From assembly GCF_000281045.1 (NCBI RefSeq), contig NW_008246121.1:305212-340379 (forward strand): 35,168 nt of DNA. The letters are read 5' to 3'. A program made the translations under genes and the position numbers. The stretch is from Saprolegnia diclina VS20. Taxonomy: Eukaryota. The notes under the pieces were generated by a model. The model saw only the letters and a program-made list of their open reading frames with translations, did no database searches and was not told the DNA's origin. Below are positions 32,563 to 35,168 of the stretch, in pieces (the stretch's first letter is position 1; every line of letters begins with the position of its first letter).

Positions 32563-33272
32563 NNNNNNNNNNNNNNNNNNNNNNNNNNNNNNNNNNNNNN
32601 NNNNNNNNNNNNNNNNNNNNNNNNNNNNNNNNNNNNNNNNNNNNNNNNNNNNNNNNNNNNNNNNNNNNNNNNNNNNNNNNNNNNNNNNNNNNNNNNNNNN
32701 NNNNNNNNNNNNNNNNNNNNNNNNNNNNNNNNNNNNNNNNNNNNNNNNNNNNNNNNNNNNNNNNNNNNNNNNNNNNNNNNNNNNNNNNNNNNNNNNNNNN
32801 NNNNNNNNNNNNNNNNNNNNNNNNNNNNNNNNNNNNNNNNNNNNNNNNNNNNNNNNNNNNNNNNNNNNNNNNNNNNNNNNNNNNNNNNNNNNNNNNNNNN
32901 NNNNNNNNNNNNNNNNNNNNNNNNNNNNNNNNNNNNNNNNNNNNNNNNNNNNNNNNNNNNNNNNNNNNNNNNNNNNNNNNNNNNNNNNNNNNNNNNNNNN
33001 NNNNNNNNNNNNNNNNNNNNNNNNNNNNNNNNNNNNNNNNNNNNNNNNNNNNNNNNNNNNNNNNNNNNNNNNNNNNNNNNNNNNNNNNNNNNNNNNNNNN
33101 NNNNNNNNNNNNNNNNNNNNNNNNNNNNNNNNNNNNNNNNNNNNNNNNNNNNNNNNNNNNNNNNNNNNNNNNNNNNNNNNNNNNNNNNNNNNNNNNNNNN
33201 NNNNNNNNNNNNNNNNNNNNNNNNNNNNNNNNNNNNNNNNNNNNNNNNNNNNNNNNNNNNNNNNNNNNNNNN
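32563..33272. other. Assembly gap (710 N)
   Basis: Run of N. Confidence 0.99.
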
Positions 33273-33615
33273 GCGTACTTGGCAACGCCGCATTGGTGGT
33301 TTATTTTGTAACTTGAAGATATGAGTTTACGTTGCGAGCGTCGCACTGCGTACTGCGTACGACCTCGCGCGAGCTAGGACTCGGTGAGTGGGGTCCACCA
33401 CGGAATGGATCTCTCCGTACGCAGCTCACTCCCAACGACCAAGTGCTAACTCCCACGCATTCAGGCGTTGGGTTAGCAACTTTAGCACCTATTATAATAG
33501 AGTCGGAGCCATTTTTTCGGACAACGCATCGCAGTACCCATCATCACAATCGTCCGATGTAATATACACATAATTCATACGTCTCGAATATATATTCACA
33601 ATGGCATTCATCACA

Positions 33616-35061
33616 CTATACATTGTCACTGGTTTGGCGCGCAATCTTCTCATCTTGGAGCTTGCTTTTCTCGTCCAGAAAGGCCAGCCAGCGCGCGCGA
33701 CCGTCCTTGCGTAGATACCAGTAGACGGTCCAGGCCATCGAGAGGACCAAGAGAACCGTGAGACCGATTGCTGCGAGCACCATACCGAGTGATCCATTGT
33801 ACAAGAACGTCAGTCCCAGCGCGATCGCGGGCACCAGCACAAAGAGGCCGCCAAGAAAGTACCCCGCGACAAGCGGAAACCGCGCACTCGCATACCCGAG
33901 CGCCCGCGCCGCCGCAAAGATGGGCGTGCGCATGATCGGAAGCGGATAAAAGAGGAGCATGCCAAAGACGTTGAACCAAAAGTGGGTCAGCGCGACAGCG
34001 ACCGCGTCCGGCGACCCGGTCACCAGCGACGCCAAGAGCGCTGTGACTGTCGTGCCGAGGTTGGCGCCAATCACGAGCGGGTACATTTGCTCGAGCGAAA
34101 TGACACCGAGGCCGGCCATCGGTGTCAGCGTCGACGTCACGATCGACGACGACTGGACACAAAACGTAATGAGCGCACCAATACCAATGTTGAGGTAGCC
34201 GTTCCAGTTGAGGACGCGCTGGATGATGGCTTGAGCCGACCCGCGGAGAAGCGCTTGCAGCGTCTTGACGAGCACCAGCAGCGAGCCAATCAACAGCACG
34301 AGCCCGAGCCCGAGGCAAATGCCTCCAATCGCAGCACTCGAGAGCGACCCGTCGATGTACGCGGCGTAGAACGCTCCGCCTTTGAGAAAGGACGCGTCAT
34401 GACACGCAATCGTCCCGGCCGTGACGCCTTCGATCATATTTTTATCGACCGAGAGCAGCAGCTTGTAGAGCGGGCTGATGATCCCATCGATGGGCGATGA
34501 GAAAAATGACCCCGTGCTCCCACCGGTCATAGCTACGGCGAGATGCTCGAGCGGATGCAAGAGCATCTCGAGGGGGAAGAGCACAAGGACGGTGCAAATG
34601 TTGTAAAAATCGTGGATCGTACCGGCGGCCAACGCCCGTTCAAACTGCGCTCGGTCGCCGACTTGGGCAAACGCGACGATCGTCGACGTGAGGCACGTGC
34701 CAATATTGGCGCCCATGGTAATGGGCACCGACTGCCGGACGCTGAGGCCACCGGCACCGACGAGTGCGACTGTGATCGACGTCACGGTACTCGACGACTG
34801 CAAAATCGCCGTAAAGACCATGCCGACCATGAGCCCGACGATCGCATTGTCAGTGAATCCAAAAGCCGCCTTTGTGTTGCAGCCAAAGAGCAGTGAGAGC
34901 GAGTCACCGAGAAGCTTGATAGCGAAGAGAAAACAGTAGAGCGCGGCGAGCGCAGCCATCGTGTGAAAGACGCCAGAAAGTACGCGCGAAGACCGCGACA
35001 CCGGCGGTGCCTCGGTCACGGATGCGTACGGCTCGCTGTCCTTGGGTGTCGTCGTTGGCAT
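33616..35061 (-). CDS. Sodium-dependent phosphate cotransporter, SLC34/NptA (PNaS) family
   Basis: Duplicated signature QSSS..TS with GANIGT (first repeat) and QSSS..TS with GANLGTT (second repeat), plus HDFYN, HFWFN and many TM helices. ATG 35061 is preceded by the Inr-FPR-like TCGCATTCCCATTTTT (35084-35099). Confidence 0.93.
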   Translation of the reverse strand: MPTTTPKDSEPYASVTEAPPVSRSSRVLSGVFHTMAALAALYCFLFAIKLLGDSLSLLFGCNTKAAFGFTDNAIVGLMVGMVFTAILQSSSTVTSITVALVGAGGLSVRQSVPITMGANIGTCLTSTIVAFAQVGDRAQFERALAAGTIHDFYNICTVLVLFPLEMLLHPLEHLAVAMTGGSTGSFFSSPIDGIISPLYKLLLSVDKNMIEGVTAGTIACHDASFLKGGAFYAAYIDGSLSSAAIGGICLGLGLVLLIGSLLVLVKTLQALLRGSAQAIIQRVLNWNGYLNIGIGALITFCVQSSSIVTSTLTPMAGLGVISLEQMYPLVIGANLGTTVTALLASLVTGSPDAVAVALTHFWFNVFGMLLFYPLPIMRTPIFAAARALGYASARFPLVAGYFLGGLFVLVPAIALGLTFLYNGSLGMVLAAIGLTVLLVLSMAWTVYWYLRKDGRARWLAFLDEKSKLQDEKIARQTSDNV

Positions 35062-35168
35062 GTGTGCTTGGAAGCTGCGATGGAAAAATGGGAATGCGAA
35101 CTCACGTTTGGATCGACCATCGCACGTGCGTGGTGATGAGGTCAAGGGATGAGAGGCGACGATATGAC

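Noticed and set aside
32386..33346. Long ORFs spanning the second gap
   Set aside because: Composed mostly of X from the N run.
1..35168. Prokaryotic systems (CRISPR, operons), tRNA and rRNA
   Set aside because: The intron-containing genes are eukaryotic; no repeat-spacer array or RNA-gene signature was seen by eye.

Overview
Eukaryotic draft-assembly window with two N gaps, most likely from a saprolegnialean oomycete (Saprolegnia-like). This is inferred from the GC-rich coding sequence, short 40-60 nt GT-AG introns, Inr-FPR core-promoter motifs and an expanded TKL kinase family. Gene order: USP47/USP40-like deubiquitinase; DUF4419 gene plus decayed copies; PX+RING-H2 gene plus an inverted pseudogene; a cluster of four transmembrane TKL kinases (three with signal peptide and LRR-like ectodomain built one repeat per mini-exon, one with almost no ectodomain and a frameshift) with condensin II NCAPG2 lying between the last two; an intronless sugar-1-phosphate nucleotidyltransferase-like gene; a DUF2306-like membrane protein; a fifth, dead kinase fragment; an unknown ORF cut by a gap; and an SLC34/NptA Na+/Pi cotransporter. 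Two 5'-truncated non-LTR retroelement insertions with (CAA)n tails and target-site duplications are visible. The most unusual signal is that the same ectodomain intron in all three LRR-kinase paralogs is double length and contains an internal TAG|GT junction, suggesting two abutting introns with a zero-length or 5-nt exon. The kinase halves also look homogenised, introns included, while the ectodomains are divergent. All gene models were spliced by eye and no database searches were run.
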